Assembly (NCBI GenBank): GCA_051362555.1
Contig: CM120645.1
Span: 11,346,001 to 11,410,000, forward strand
Direction of reading: 5' to 3'
Length of the DNA stretch: 64,000 nt
Origin: Lingula anatina
Taxonomy: Eukaryota > Animalia > Brachiopoda
The notes under the pieces are model-generated. The model did not search any database. It was not told the DNA's origin and was given only the letters and a program-made list of their open reading frames with translations. The translations under genes were made by a program, and so were the position numbers. Positions 11,385-23,600 of this stretch are shown here, piece after piece; position 1 is the stretch's first letter; the number at the start of each line of letters is the position of its first letter.

Positions 11385-12926
11385 CTACATTTCACACATA
11401 ATCCTGAACAAAAGGTGGGCCAGTGTCATTCCAGTATGGCCTTTATATATGCGAGGGTTATTCCTTACTGGACATAGAAAATGTGCACAGTCACAGTGGG
11501 TCCATTTCATTGGGTTGACAATATTGAAACCGTCTATTATTTCTACACCGTATTTTACCAGCTTCTCTTTAATGATTCCGTTGACTGCTGCAACCATGTA
11601 ATCATTTCCATCCCTATCACCATAAACTCTCGGCAGAATATTAAGATATATGAGACGGATGTTTGCAGTGTTGGGGTTTTCCCGCAAAGCGCTGAGGAAA
11701 TCTAAGAAATGGGGAATAACATGTTTTACAAGATTGTAGGCACTCTGGTTTGCAACCACCATTTGGTGTATCCCAAACCCCATTAATACTACATCATCTT
11801 TGGTGGCAGGATTTTTGTAAAATCGCGAAGAAATTAAACTGATAGCTTTTTCGCACTGGGAAACATAAGCAGTCCAGTTGTAGATTATATTGCTCAAACC
11901 TATTATCTTCTTTCGGTTCTGGTACGGATACCATGAATCAAAGCCCATTTTATGCTCTTTTAGTGGCGAAACATTAACATATTTCGACAATAGTTCGTTT
12001 AAGTAGTTACTAAGAAATCTAAGGTGTGAATCTCCAAATATTCTGAAAGTGGTTTTCCTGTTATAACATTTCCAAAGGTCTGCCTCACTCATGAACTCGA
12101 AAATACAACTGCTTCTAGTTCCCCATTTCCACTCCCCGTGAATATTCCACCAGCGTCCATCCAGGTATTCCGCAATGCTTGTTTTAGTACAGTTTCTTCT
12201 TCCTAAGCTCACCATCTCTTCCTCTGACTTGTTGGAGAAAACATAATGAAACGAGTAGATTTTTTTGTGGATTCTACAAGGATGTGCTCTATCAGTTTCG
12301 TGGTGTCTAAACGCTTCAAAGTCCGTGTAATCTAAGTATATTGTACCCCGTATATTTGACTGAACATCACAATATGCGACGTAGGTTCCATTAAAGAAAT
12401 CTCTCACCGGACACACCATAGATTCATTTCCTGTCACCTCAATTCGGAAATTACTTCCCCCAGACGACAACGAGCCGTTTTTCGCTGACACCTTTTTTCT
12501 TTCTTCTATAAAAACATGCAGCATGTGAGTTTTAGATAATACTAGGTTGACCCTATAATTGTATCTCATGTTTCTGTTTTTGAAACAACGCGCATTTTTT
12601 ACATCGGCCTGCAGGCGTTTAGCATCAAGAATGTAACGCGACCAGGCACGTTCCAGCTGTTCCCTTTCAGGAATACCATTTCTAACCCAGTCGTGTTCAC
12701 CCACAGTAATATCTTCTCGATTTCCATGGCTTGTCTCCTGTTTGGAATTAACTCCATCTGATTCCTTTGTTGTCTTAAAAGGCGGAAGCTTTTGCAGTGA
12801 ACTCTGCATAGTAATACTTCTATTGTGAGTCCAAACAGCACATGTATATATCAAAACGCCAATGACTGCAAGACCCATCCCGGCTCGTCCGTGAAAAATA
12901 CCACTGGTTAAAACACACATACCCAT
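11385..12926 (-). CDS. NXPE-like PC-esterase family protein, copy A2
   Basis: Single-exon ORF; ATG at 12926 (MGMCVLT...) aligns with the A1 start, whereas the ORF track start at 12950 is TTG; 513 aa with TM, DFFNGTY, FGDSHLR and CDCAH. Confidence 0.85.
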   Translation of the reverse strand: MGMCVLTSGIFHGRAGMGLAVIGVLIYTCAVWTHNRSITMQSSLQKLPPFKTTKESDGVNSKQETSHGNREDITVGEHDWVRNGIPEREQLERAWSRYILDAKRLQADVKNARCFKNRNMRYNYRVNLVLSKTHMLHVFIEERKKVSAKNGSLSSGGSNFRIEVTGNESMVCPVRDFFNGTYVAYCDVQSNIRGTIYLDYTDFEAFRHHETDRAHPCRIHKKIYSFHYVFSNKSEEEMVSLGRRNCTKTSIAEYLDGRWWNIHGEWKWGTRSSCIFEFMSEADLWKCYNRKTTFRIFGDSHLRFLSNYLNELLSKYVNVSPLKEHKMGFDSWYPYQNRKKIIGLSNIIYNWTAYVSQCEKAISLISSRFYKNPATKDDVVLMGFGIHQMVVANQSAYNLVKHVIPHFLDFLSALRENPNTANIRLIYLNILPRVYGDRDGNDYMVAAVNGIIKEKLVKYGVEIIDGFNIVNPMKWTHCDCAHFLCPVRNNPRIYKGHTGMTLAHLLFRIMCEM

Positions 12927-13156
12927 ATTTCTAAGTATGGCGTTAGTCAATGTAATCTTTTGTGTTATAACTCCCCTTTAGTGTCTTTTGAAGGTTTTTT
13001 TCACTTTGATTTGCCTTGACCACTCTACGTGGCAAAAAGACGCCTCTCGTTCCCCTCTGTTTGATTTGCTTAGTTCCTTAATGCCCTACTCTTTTTGATT
13101 TCTTCCGTGTGTACGCTAAATAGGTGTGGAGAATGGATGCATCCTGGTTTGATGCC

Positions 13157-13460
13157 TTTATAGGATTTCACGGCCCTGAAATGTCCACTTTTCATAATTT
13201 CTAAGGGACCCACCACTCCGAAATCCCATTATTTTAGATTTGTCCAAATTGACATTCATTCCTGTTTCCACGGTAAAGTCACGAACTGCATAGATTCGGT
13301 TCTGCAATGTAACAGCCGTTACCGACGTAGCTACAGCTACGCCATCGGCAATTAAAAATTAAATTGCACAAAGCTTTCTTATACCTTCTGTAATGAAAAT
13401 GTCACAACCGCATTTTTGTTTCATATTTTCTACAAAGTCATAAATAAACAATGAAAATAT
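13157..13460 (-). mobile_element. Second copy of the LINE RT fragment (co-duplicated)
   Basis: Near-identical to 3748-4053 (e.g. CCACCACTCCGAAATCCCATTATTTTAGATTTGTCCAAATT; CCTGTTTCCACGGTAAAGTCACGAACTGCATAGATT), at the same position upstream of an A-type gene. Confidence 0.8.
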
Positions 13461-14137
13461 ATTGGTGGATCAGCATTTCTCAAACGTCACACTTGCTGGC
13501 GGATTTAATGTAGAGTCGGCATCTTGTGTGGATCCTTGGATCTGGGTGACAACTTCCCCAGAAGATAATACTCCATTTCACCGCCTTGGGGAGGGAGGGG
13601 GGTGTCTCGATGCCAAATGGAGACTTGCTTTTTTGATTTTTGGTTTTGATCCATGAGAGTTAGTTGTAGTTTCTACAGGGAGGCAGTAGGTTCTACACGG
13701 AGGGTTGCCATTACCTTCTGTCACCAGCCAACTTTGGGGCCTGTGTGACAGGAATGGTGGTCCTGGGAATAGGAGTCCCATATGCTGAGTACAGGTTAAA
13801 GTAAGTCTGAGTATTTGGGTTAGTACATGGGAGGCATGTCACCGGTACAAAGTTAAATCCTGTCATATTATAGAGTGCATACACTGAAGAGTAAAATCAA
13901 CAATTAGTACCTTCAAAGTTTTTTTTTTTTTTTTTTAGAAATAAAAAAACGTGTGCATGCAATTTTTCATTAAATTACCCACGCGAGTGGAGCGTTTTGT
14001 ACATAAATTTTATGCCTAGTGAAAAATATGAATTATTGAGGGGGGGAGGGGGGCTGGAATTTTCTAATCAGTTCGGATTGAGAGTCTAAAAAAGGGATCA
14101 CAGGTATTTTTTCACCCCCTCCAACTTAAATAATGAC

Positions 14138-14292
14138 CGGTGTGACAGGAATGGAGGTCCGGGGTCCCATATGACTTGTACAGGTAAAGGTTAGTTGGGT
14201 ATTGGGGTTAATATATGGGACGAATGCCACCTGTAACAAAGTAATGGGAAACGGACTACTGTTCCTAGCGGACTTCCATTCTTGTCACACTG
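14138..14292. mobile_element. MITE-like element with ~24-bp TIRs (partial related copy at ~13741-13853)
   Basis: CGGTGTGACAGGAATGGAGGTCCG ... CGGACTTCCATTCTTGTCACACTG; the 13741 copy shares TGTGACAGGAATGG..GTCC..GTCCCATATG...GTACAGGT. Confidence 0.6.
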
Positions 14293-15065
14293 GGCCAGAG
14301 AGAGCATGAGAGTAATTTCAATTAAGCGGAAACTCCACTTCCTCCAGAACTCCGATTCGCCCGAAATGTAGCCTTTCCATCAGTTGTAGTTTGTAGTCAT
14401 ACCCAGAACAGAAGCCACTCATCTTTGACCGACAAGGATCACATGAAGTCCGAAGATACACGTACATGTACTCACTCAAATTTGACATGGAAAAGAATGT
14501 TTTTGAATAATATCATATTAATAAATGTTTATTATAACATCTGGTAGAATTAGCTGTCAGTGAGTACGGATGACTATATATTTATACCAATGTTTATGCA
14601 TTCTAGCTGCAAGTAATATGTTATTCCATTTCCAACAGAATATTACTAAAATATAAGCTCAAAGAATTAAAGATTTTATTGGTCTCAGAAATTCCAACGT
14701 TGCTAAAATGTTACAAAAAACATCGTAGAATCCGTTGCAGAAACGTTAAAAAAACGTTTCCAGACCCCATTTTATTAAGGCAAGATCCAATGTTACATTC
14801 TTTTCATTACTTATATGTGTAATAATTCTTTAGCTAGAAGATTTAAGCGATTGTCACACTTAAAAGTTACAGGTATGAATGATTTACTTGTCCCAAGCCA
14901 TTTTTTAAAAATGCGCCCATGGGAAAAAATTTATTTTTTTGCTTTAGAAATACCTAGAACCTAAAAAATGTGAAGATCAAGGTTTTGGAAAAAATTGTTC
15001 CCCATTGTTTGTTAAGGATGTTGCACATGAACCCTATGTTCCCACTAGACTATTCTAGGCGTCTA

Positions 15066-15257
15066 TGAGGGCATTTCATGAGATTTAGATCGATCTTACT
15101 AGATGGACCTAACTCCCTGGGGGTTCACGCTAAGATGCAGTCAGCCGACCGCGCACGGAAGTTAATTACCCCCTTACAGCTTGTAGTAGGCGGGACGGAC
15201 ATTTAAGCCGGATTATCTGACAGTAATCTAGTGAGACTCCCCACGGGGATAGCACCC
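15066..15257. mobile_element. ~190-bp insertion of a foldback/MITE family just downstream of the B2 stop codon
   Basis: Absent from the homologous 3' flanks of B1 (GCGTCTACATCATGCTA) and A2 (GCGTCTAACACATACTA); shares blocks (ACCTAACTCCCTGGGGGTTCACGCTAA, GACATTTAAGCCGG, TAGTGAGACTCCCCA) in reverse complement with 17291-17760. Confidence 0.65.
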
Positions 15258-15264
15258 TAACACG

Positions 15265-16785
15265 CTACATTTCGCACATAGTCCTGAACAAAAGGTGGGC
15301 CATTGTCATTCCAGTATGTCCTTTATATTTGTTTGGGTTATTCCTTACTGGACATAGAAAATGTGCTTCGTCACAGTGGGCCCATTTCATTGGGTTGAGA
15401 ATATAAAAACCATCTATTATTTCTACACCGTATTTTACCAGCTTCTCTTTGGTGATTTCATTGACCGCCGCAACCATGTAATCATTCCCGTCCATCTGGC
15501 CTTTACCTCTAGGGAGAATATTCAGATAAATTAGGCGGATGTTAGCAGTGTTGGGGTTTCTACGCAAATCTCGTAAGAAGTTCACAAAACGAGGAAAAGC
15601 ATGTTTTAAAAATTTGTAGGCACTCTGGTTTGCAAGCACCATTTCGTGAATGCCGAACCCCATTAAAACTACATCATCTTTGGTGGCAGGAGTTTTCTCA
15701 AATCGAGAGAAAATTGATTTGAGAAGATTTTCGCAATGGGCAGCATGGGGAGTCCATTTGAATACGATTTGGCTCAAACCTACAATCTTCTTTCGATCCT
15801 CTACAGGATCAGTGGAATTTTGACCAGTATTTATAAGCAATGAATACTGTGGAATATGCCAATACTTTGATAATAGTTGACTCATGTAATTACTAGTGTG
15901 CCTAAGGTGTGAATCTCCAAGGATTCTGAAAGTAGTTTTCCTCTTGTAACATTTCCAAAGGTCTGCCTCACTCATAAACTCAAAAATGCACCCGTTTTTA
16001 GTTCCCCATTTCCACTGTCCTCGAATATTCCACCAGCGTCCATTCAGGTAATCTTTGATGTTTGTCTTATGGCAGTTTCTGCTCTCTGTTCTTATCTTCT
16101 TTGTCTTTGAATTCTCGGGGTAAACATAATAAAACGAAGAAATATTTCTGTGGATTCTACATGGATATGCTTTCTTTCGTCCAGTAGCATGGTGTCTATA
16201 CGCTTCAAAGTCCGTGTAGTCTAAGTATACTGTACCCTGTATACTATACTGAACATCACAATAAGCCACGTAGGTTCCATTAAAGAAATCTCTCACAGGA
16301 CACACCATGTAATCATTTCCTATTACCTCAATTCGGAAATTACTTCCCCCGGCCGACAACACAGTCTTTCCTGTCGAGTCCACTTTTCTTTCTTCTATAA
16401 TTATGTACATAATATGAGAGTTAGACATTACCACGTTAGTCCTGTAGTTGTATTTCGCACTCTTGTTTGTGAAGCAACGTTTACTTTTGTCATTAGGGTT
16501 AATACTCGACCAGGCACGTTTTAGTTGTTCCTTTTCAGCGATACCATTTCTTATCCAGCTGTTTTCATCCGTAAGATCACTCTCTCGATACTTCTGGATC
16601 ATTTCATCCTTGAACTGATTCCTGCCAGGTTCTTTTTTTCTCCAAAAAGATGGAGGTTTATGCAATACGCGGTTAATGCTTCTATTCCGATATTCCATCC
16701 AAATCCAGCCGGTGTATATAACAATGCCAACGATTACAACACTTATACCATAATAAGTGTGGCGAGTACAAACAAATTTTCCCAT
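15265..16785 (-). CDS. NXPE-like PC-esterase family protein, copy B2
   Basis: 506-aa single-exon ORF with TM, DFFNGTY, LGDSHLR and CDEAH; most similar to B1. Confidence 0.85.
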   Translation of the reverse strand: MGKFVCTRHTYYGISVVIVGIVIYTGWIWMEYRNRSINRVLHKPPSFWRKKEPGRNQFKDEMIQKYRESDLTDENSWIRNGIAEKEQLKRAWSSINPNDKSKRCFTNKSAKYNYRTNVVMSNSHIMYIIIEERKVDSTGKTVLSAGGSNFRIEVIGNDYMVCPVRDFFNGTYVAYCDVQYSIQGTVYLDYTDFEAYRHHATGRKKAYPCRIHRNISSFYYVYPENSKTKKIRTESRNCHKTNIKDYLNGRWWNIRGQWKWGTKNGCIFEFMSEADLWKCYKRKTTFRILGDSHLRHTSNYMSQLLSKYWHIPQYSLLINTGQNSTDPVEDRKKIVGLSQIVFKWTPHAAHCENLLKSIFSRFEKTPATKDDVVLMGFGIHEMVLANQSAYKFLKHAFPRFVNFLRDLRRNPNTANIRLIYLNILPRGKGQMDGNDYMVAAVNEITKEKLVKYGVEIIDGFYILNPMKWAHCDEAHFLCPVRNNPNKYKGHTGMTMAHLLFRTMCEM

Positions 16786-17290
16786 TTTTCACAAATAGCA
16801 TTAATTAATGTTGTCAATTTTCACTTGAAGTATTCCTGTACTTCTGCTGCTACGTTTGAACGTTTTTTTTACTCTACCTTATCCTATTTGCAAACCCTGT
16901 CGGGACACAAGATTGAAAACTATAACTTATGTCTCATCAGTGATGATCTGAGTGATTCTGGATATTCTGAATGTTCTGTCACACCTATAATCTTACTTAT
17001 GTAAATAGACTGTTGTTCACAGTGATCTAGTGCCTTAAATGTTTAAAGTAAGTCAGATACATGATGCGTTATATACCCCCATCTGCCACAAATGATTCAA
17101 ACAGATTCTCGCTGTCATTTAAATGATTGAATGAGACCCGTCACATCAACTGAACCATCACTGAACCATGAGAAGAGATTTGTATACATGATTTACAGAA
17201 TCTCTTTATATACTGTATTCCGTGTGAAAGTCTTATTTCCACACTTGCCCGTACGGCTGGTTGTGACCGAGGCTTTATATTGTCAATAAC

Positions 17291-17760
17291 ACTAGGTTCC
17301 CTGAGCTCCCATCCCTAGATCGATCCAACAGGATCGGTCTAACTCCATGGGGTTCCACTCTACATTGCTATCAACTTAGAGACCACTCCTACTCCCTGGG
17401 GAGTCTCACTAAATTGCTGTCAACTTGGCCGGCTTAAATGTCTGTCACGCCTGAAAAAGCTGTTAGGGGGTAATTATCCCTAGGGGGTAATTTACCCTAG
17501 ATGATTCGGTAGGCGTGAGAGACATTTAAACCTCTTGGGCTGATAGCAATTTAGCGTGAACCCCCAGGGAGTTAGGTCGATCCAGATGGATCGATCTAAG
17601 TATGGGAACCCAGTCTTAAGCGGCTGTCACGCCTACTAATCAACTAGGGGGTAATAAAATTTCGTGCACGCTCGGCCTCCGGTAGTTAATTACCCCCAAA
17701 CAGCTTTAGTAAGCGCGACAGACATTTTTAACGCTGAAGTTGATAGCAATTTAGTGAGAA
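17291..17760. mobile_element. Foldback/MITE-like palindromic element plus adjacent partial copy
   Basis: Left arm ACTAGGTTCCC...TAGATCGATCC...CTAACTCCATGGGGTTC...ATTGCTATCA is the reverse complement of right arm TGATAGCAAT...GAACCCCCAGGGAGTTAGG...GGATCGATCTA...GGGAACCCAGT (ends ~17614); AGGGGGTAAT subrepeats; a further partial arm runs to ~17760. Confidence 0.65.
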
Positions 17761-20240
17761 TAGAGTTCGGTGTTAAATGCCCCGTAGTTGATTGAGACGG
17801 TTAGCGGGCTTACAGATAGGATTGCTACAAAAACATCCATCTACTGAAGTAAACCTTGGGATAATGAATATATGACCCTCTACAAGGGTCACAGATTGAT
17901 TTTGAAAAGATATTCACATATCTACCTCTGGCTAATTTATGACACGGTGGAAAAAGTACACAGTATCAAAGGAATAACAACTGTTTGTATGAGATTCATA
18001 TTTCACAGTATGCATTGCAAACAATTAACTTAACCAAAACAGCGGTTATGGCAATTCGTATGGCAATCTTTTCTTGCCATCAGAACACGTGAATCTTCAA
18101 ACATGTAATTTGCTATACCTCCATAATAATCCCTTCTGGACTAACCCTTAAGAGATTATTACATTTTAAAACAATTTTTGAGAAAAAAAATGGATTAACT
18201 TTGAATGTCGGAGTGGATTTATAAATCGTTGTTTACCCGTGGAAATTCCATTTTTGGCCAAAACGGGCAGTGTTCTCCCTTTAATATGTTTAAATATGAG
18301 GCCCTACAGGAGGATACTAATAGGTAATGAAACTGGTAATGATAAAAGCGACCTACCACGTACCTACCTGTATGTCACATTATAGTAAATCTCTCTATTC
18401 ATCAAGGACTATGAAATAACTATCACTATTATGAGTTTTGAGATAATTATAATCAAATTTTAACATGGAAAACCCAGGCGTCTTAAATGAAAGACGAACT
18501 GGCCGTCTTGACACTATTCCCTACCAGCGCCATCTATTGCCACAGTTAACTGTGTTGGTAAACACCTGACATCTCACTTAACTAGGTCAGGTCAGGTGTG
18601 CTGCTTCGTAAGCGTCGCAATCTCACTATCGAACACTATGATTTAACGAGAACTACTGGCTAACGGTGGACATATAATGCCAGTAATCCAGGCTAACTGG
18701 CATTACAAATAACATTTATGTTTTAGACGGTGAGTTTTTAGCAAAAAGAAGACTTAATTAAATGACAGTATCGGAGACATTCGTGTGACACGTACTATAC
18801 ATGCTGTAGTCTACGTTAACCGTTAAGTCGATGCCACTCTTATCAAAGACGGTCAACGGCCCGTATCTGCAAGCTCCCCGTCTTAGATAAGCGTCGTAAA
18901 CATATAATTAGGTACTGTTAAAACGGGCGACTATTGACTATTGACTCAGTTCAATGAACCGCACTGCTTTTACAATTCTTGGTCTGTGCGGTATATACCT
19001 GCAACTGGACAGGCTCGACGCACTATTTAAAGCGATTGCGTGTTTGACAATGAGCTTAAAGAGCACAGTGTGTTTTGTAAGCCCCTGTACCAGTACCTGT
19101 GGCAGACGCTATTAAGGTTGGTTACAGGTGTCAAATGTACCTGGTTAAAAGACAGACGACTGGCAAAAAAGACATCAGGCGTGAAGACGTGTTGAGTGTG
19201 CTAGTAGTAGGTGATATATTAACATTAAGTGATGTAATACAACGCGGTTTAGTCACCGTGCGTTGAATATAAATAGGTAAAGCATGACTCACACTTTTGT
19301 TGTAGTCTCACTGCTCACTGATTCGTCCCAGGACCGACTGCAGTACAGACCTATAGCTTGAACAGCGAAATATTTTGCGGTAAATTAATGGTACTGCTTG
19401 CACCTGAGTATTTTTTTCTAATTATATGTATTTACTGTATCAACTTTTATTAATTTCCATGCTGGGTTAGTGGCATACACTAATCTGGCTAGTGATCTAG
19501 TTTCTAAGTGCCCTTTAGATTCATTCACGGTTGATAAACGGCAGTAGGGGGTTAAATGACTTCACAACAGGCGTGGTGGTTCTCCGTGTAAATCAGTGGA
19601 TACCCCCCCCCCCCCCCCCTGTCCCCCATTCACGGTAAGGCTATAAAAGTTCACTCCAAATTCATAGCAAAATCTGGAAAATGTTTTGTGAAAATATACT
19701 TAGAATCCTTATTGAAAACGGCAGCCACTCAGCATAAAAAGGTGTCCCAGATAATGACACTGTTTATTTAAAGCGGACAGGACAACTATAATCCCGACCT
19801 TGTTATGAGACATAGTATCAATCCAAAGTTTTTTTTTGGTGGATATTTATGAATTGCTTTGAAGTTGTCATGCTTTCCAGCATGGGTGATTTTAGAATGT
19901 TATAATGAAATATCAGCTATATAGTTCAGAGACATGTAGTCTGAGTCGCCCACTCAATGAATATTGGATGGATATTTCCTTTAAATTAACGTCAATTACA
20001 TCATAAAATCTGATAGACTTGTTATGTACATGCACAGTATACCGTATTGTATACATCAGACCGACATAGATTATATTGGTATTACAACCTTCTAATTTCG
20101 CCAGAATAATTACGTTAAATTCCACATTCTTCTTCTTTTCTAGCAAGAGGTCAGAAAATGTAGCGTTCCACTTATATATGTCCCAGCGCAGACCCGCGAG
20201 ACAACCATGCCTCCGTGACACCCCTGTGTACCCAGTGACC

Positions 20241-20515
20241 ATGATGGCAGCTGCGAGGTCTTTCTGGCTTCAAGTTCTGAGTATTAGTTTAGTGTGGTGC
20301 CTCGTGATACCGCGCTCACGGGCCACAGACGATATATGTAAGTTAATGTGTATACACTTGACTAAGAAAACAAAAATAATCTAGAAGTAATTAATTGGGT
20401 CTTCATGCGACAGAAATTGGTGTAAATGTAGTGCATATTAGACTTCTGATCGAACTTTGCGTACATTTGCTCCTTGAACAACTGTGTGTTATCTGGCTGA
20501 TCAAAGAGCAGAGAG

Positions 20516-20555
<40 letters not shown>

Positions 20556-20632
20556 CTGAAAGGAGCAACCAAACTCACCTAAAATGAATTGGCAAAGACA
20601 ACAGTGTATAATTACTAATTTCGCAATTATAA

Positions 20633-20678
<46 letters not shown>

Positions 20679-23600
20679 CTAATATGAATTAATTTATCTT
20701 TATCTAAATCAATAGCTAAATAAAAAGCTAATGTCTTCTTAGATTAAAATGGAGAAAAACTATGCATAAATCATACCCATATGATACATAAACAATATCG
20801 TATCTTTCAGATTATATGGATTCTGAGAGTTTCTTCAACGGCTGCAACACCAGGAATCTTATCGGCGAAATTCCCGTGTACGAACGCGACACACTGGTGG
20901 TCAAGGCGTGGTCATCTCGCGCAAAGTCCATTAACGCCCCGTACAGATGTACGCTGATCTTCCAAGCGTCCGGTGGACATTCATCGTCCGCAGAAACTGG
21001 GTACGGATTGAGGGTGCGCATTGTAAACTTAGAATTGCCCATCAATGAGTCGTACCTTGTGTCCGAGATCGTCTTCAAAGAACACCCGTTTGATAGCGAT
21101 GAATTGGTAAGTTACCAGCAACAATTTTAGGTGAGACGGTGTTGCAATTATGCTGTGTCAAAAATTGATTTAGACCGAAAAGTATCGACGGTGCTTCTCA
21201 TTATTGTTATTATTATCAAAAGTATTACTGTTATCATTATAATCATTATCATTATCGCGCAACAGTAGATGGGGAGTTGCGTTTCATGTTTGTATTATTT
21301 TTACAAGTTGTTATATGGTTTGATGTGTAATGAACATTAATATTGCTTTAACAATGTATATGAGAAGGTTTAGATATTTATCATAATCATATGGAACAGA
21401 CTTTTTATTACAACGTAATATGGGCCTTCGTTTCACTTCAGCGACGTTTTGATCGGCAGCACCGCGGTGAGATAACGGATGTTTTCACGAGATCTCGCTA
21501 TTTCACGATTGGTCTGAGTCGGCGCGGTTCTGTGGACTATAATTTTGATCTGACTGTATCCAGGACCTCGGGTAAGTTACAGCTCAGGAAAATGCGATCT
21601 AGCTGATTTTTTTCTGTATTAGTAGACTTAGTCCCTCTCTCACGTTGCGTTTTGGTAAAATTTGCGCTTTCAATATTCAAACTAATTCTTTCTTCATTTC
21701 AACAAAAGGCCATTAAATGCCTGATATTCTTTTTTGCATTGTTAGTGTATTAAGAGTGACAACAGGCTTTTTTTTAACCTTGACAGTTGATTAATAGCAC
21801 ATATCGTAAGCATTAGTCTCCCATTGTTCCCAAAAGTATTAAGCGTACTTCAATTCGTTTTTTACACGCTATGGCACTGTCAGCAAATTAAAACTTCTTT
21901 TTGTCAAGCACATTCAGTTTTTATTTCATTAACTCTGTCGAAATATCCATGTCCTACATGTATCAGCAATCTTGTCACGACTCAATATGACCTGAAGGCT
22001 GAATGATCAATTCTGTAATGAACCCCCTTCTCCTGTCTCTGCCTCGTCCTTCTGAGAGCAGTTTGTCAGGTGTGGCACTTGGTAATGCTACCGTATCTCT
22101 GCAGAAATAAGCATTGAACTTCTTACGTGAATTGACTTTCTGCCGCTTTGACCAAAAAGTCGACTCAAAATAAACACATAAAATTAATAAATAAAACAAA
22201 TACAAAACTGAATCGATGCGTCGATGACCGATATACCAGTTGACTTTGTAAAAGCCTGATGTCAAAGATACGTATCCTTTCAGTGTACAACCGCTATATG
22301 GACAATACATCACACGACTGTGGGAAAATCATCGATGTTGGCTCAACTCAAGTAGAATTCGTGCATGCTTGGAAGGTTTCAAGAAACCAAGCAAATCACG
22401 AGGGCACGTGCAGCATTACGTTCCGGAACGCTGACCCCAGAAGACTGGAAGTGGCCTTTCAGAAGCTGAGTATGGGATCCTGCACGTCTTCTATTAAGTT
22501 CTATGATGGACTAACGAAATCTAATCCCCAGGTACACGCGGCAAAGCATATTTAAACAAAATGTTTTTAAATGTAGTATCAGTATGTTGTCTAATACATT
22601 GTAGGATAATTTGAAACGCTGGAACAAATCTTAGGGTTACGGGCACAGTTTGATCTTACGGAAGAGTAAAGTAGAAGAAAAATGGAGTACTTATATGATG
22701 AAAATGTTTTAAGAAAGAAACAATGCAGAATGTCATTTTATAATTTTATATATATTTTGAATTCATATTTTTTCACGTGTTAAAAGCAGTGTTTTGTTTC
22801 GTATATAGAAAACTGAAACCGTCTGGGCATTTTGAAACAAGTACACGATATCATTTTCTTCTCAATTTGGTTCTCTGTTCCTCGTTTTAACTTAGCTTTT
22901 TGGTTAACTTCCTTTTTTAATATATTTATGGCTTAAAAAGTTTATTTTCACATCTTAAATCTTTATGATTTTATATTTTACTAGTACTTTTAAGAGAAAA
23001 AATATCTGCTGTAAATAAGCTAAATAAAATTATTATTACTTTAAGTCCAGGGCTTTACTTCACACAAAACTGAAACCATCTATGTATTTTCACACAAGAA
23101 CAAGACAACTTTTCTCATTTCAGCTGAGATCAGTCACGTGTCTAAATTCTGCTCTTCCACTGACCACCACTAGCCTTGGCTCTAGTTTGACCGTCGTTCT
23201 AAACGCCAATGGGGATGATACATTTGACTTCCTGTTCACGGTGGCCCCCGTGTATATCGTATCGGCGCCCCCTATCTGGGGGGTCACGCCCACTCCAGGA
23301 GATAGCATGACCTGTAAGCGAACTGATATAGTCAGAAATGGATTAATTATGTTAATTAACGGATTGCCTTTTTCTTAGTTTCCGAGTCATTCATAGTTGA
23401 TTTTTTATACAGCTTATCAGATTGATGTGTCTTCCTCTAAGTTTTAAGCTGAAAACAGTTTCAACAAACTCAAATTCGAAATCGTATATTTTGGCACACC
23501 CTTATGATCTTGACTTTTTCATTGTAAATACCTTCTTAAATTGTAGATTTTATGGACAATACCGAAAGACAGTGCCAAAGACCATACACACTGCCCGTCT

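Noticed and set aside
17291-17760. Possible CRISPR-like or structured ncRNA array
   Set aside because: Eukaryotic context, no regular repeat-spacer period; better explained as a foldback transposon.
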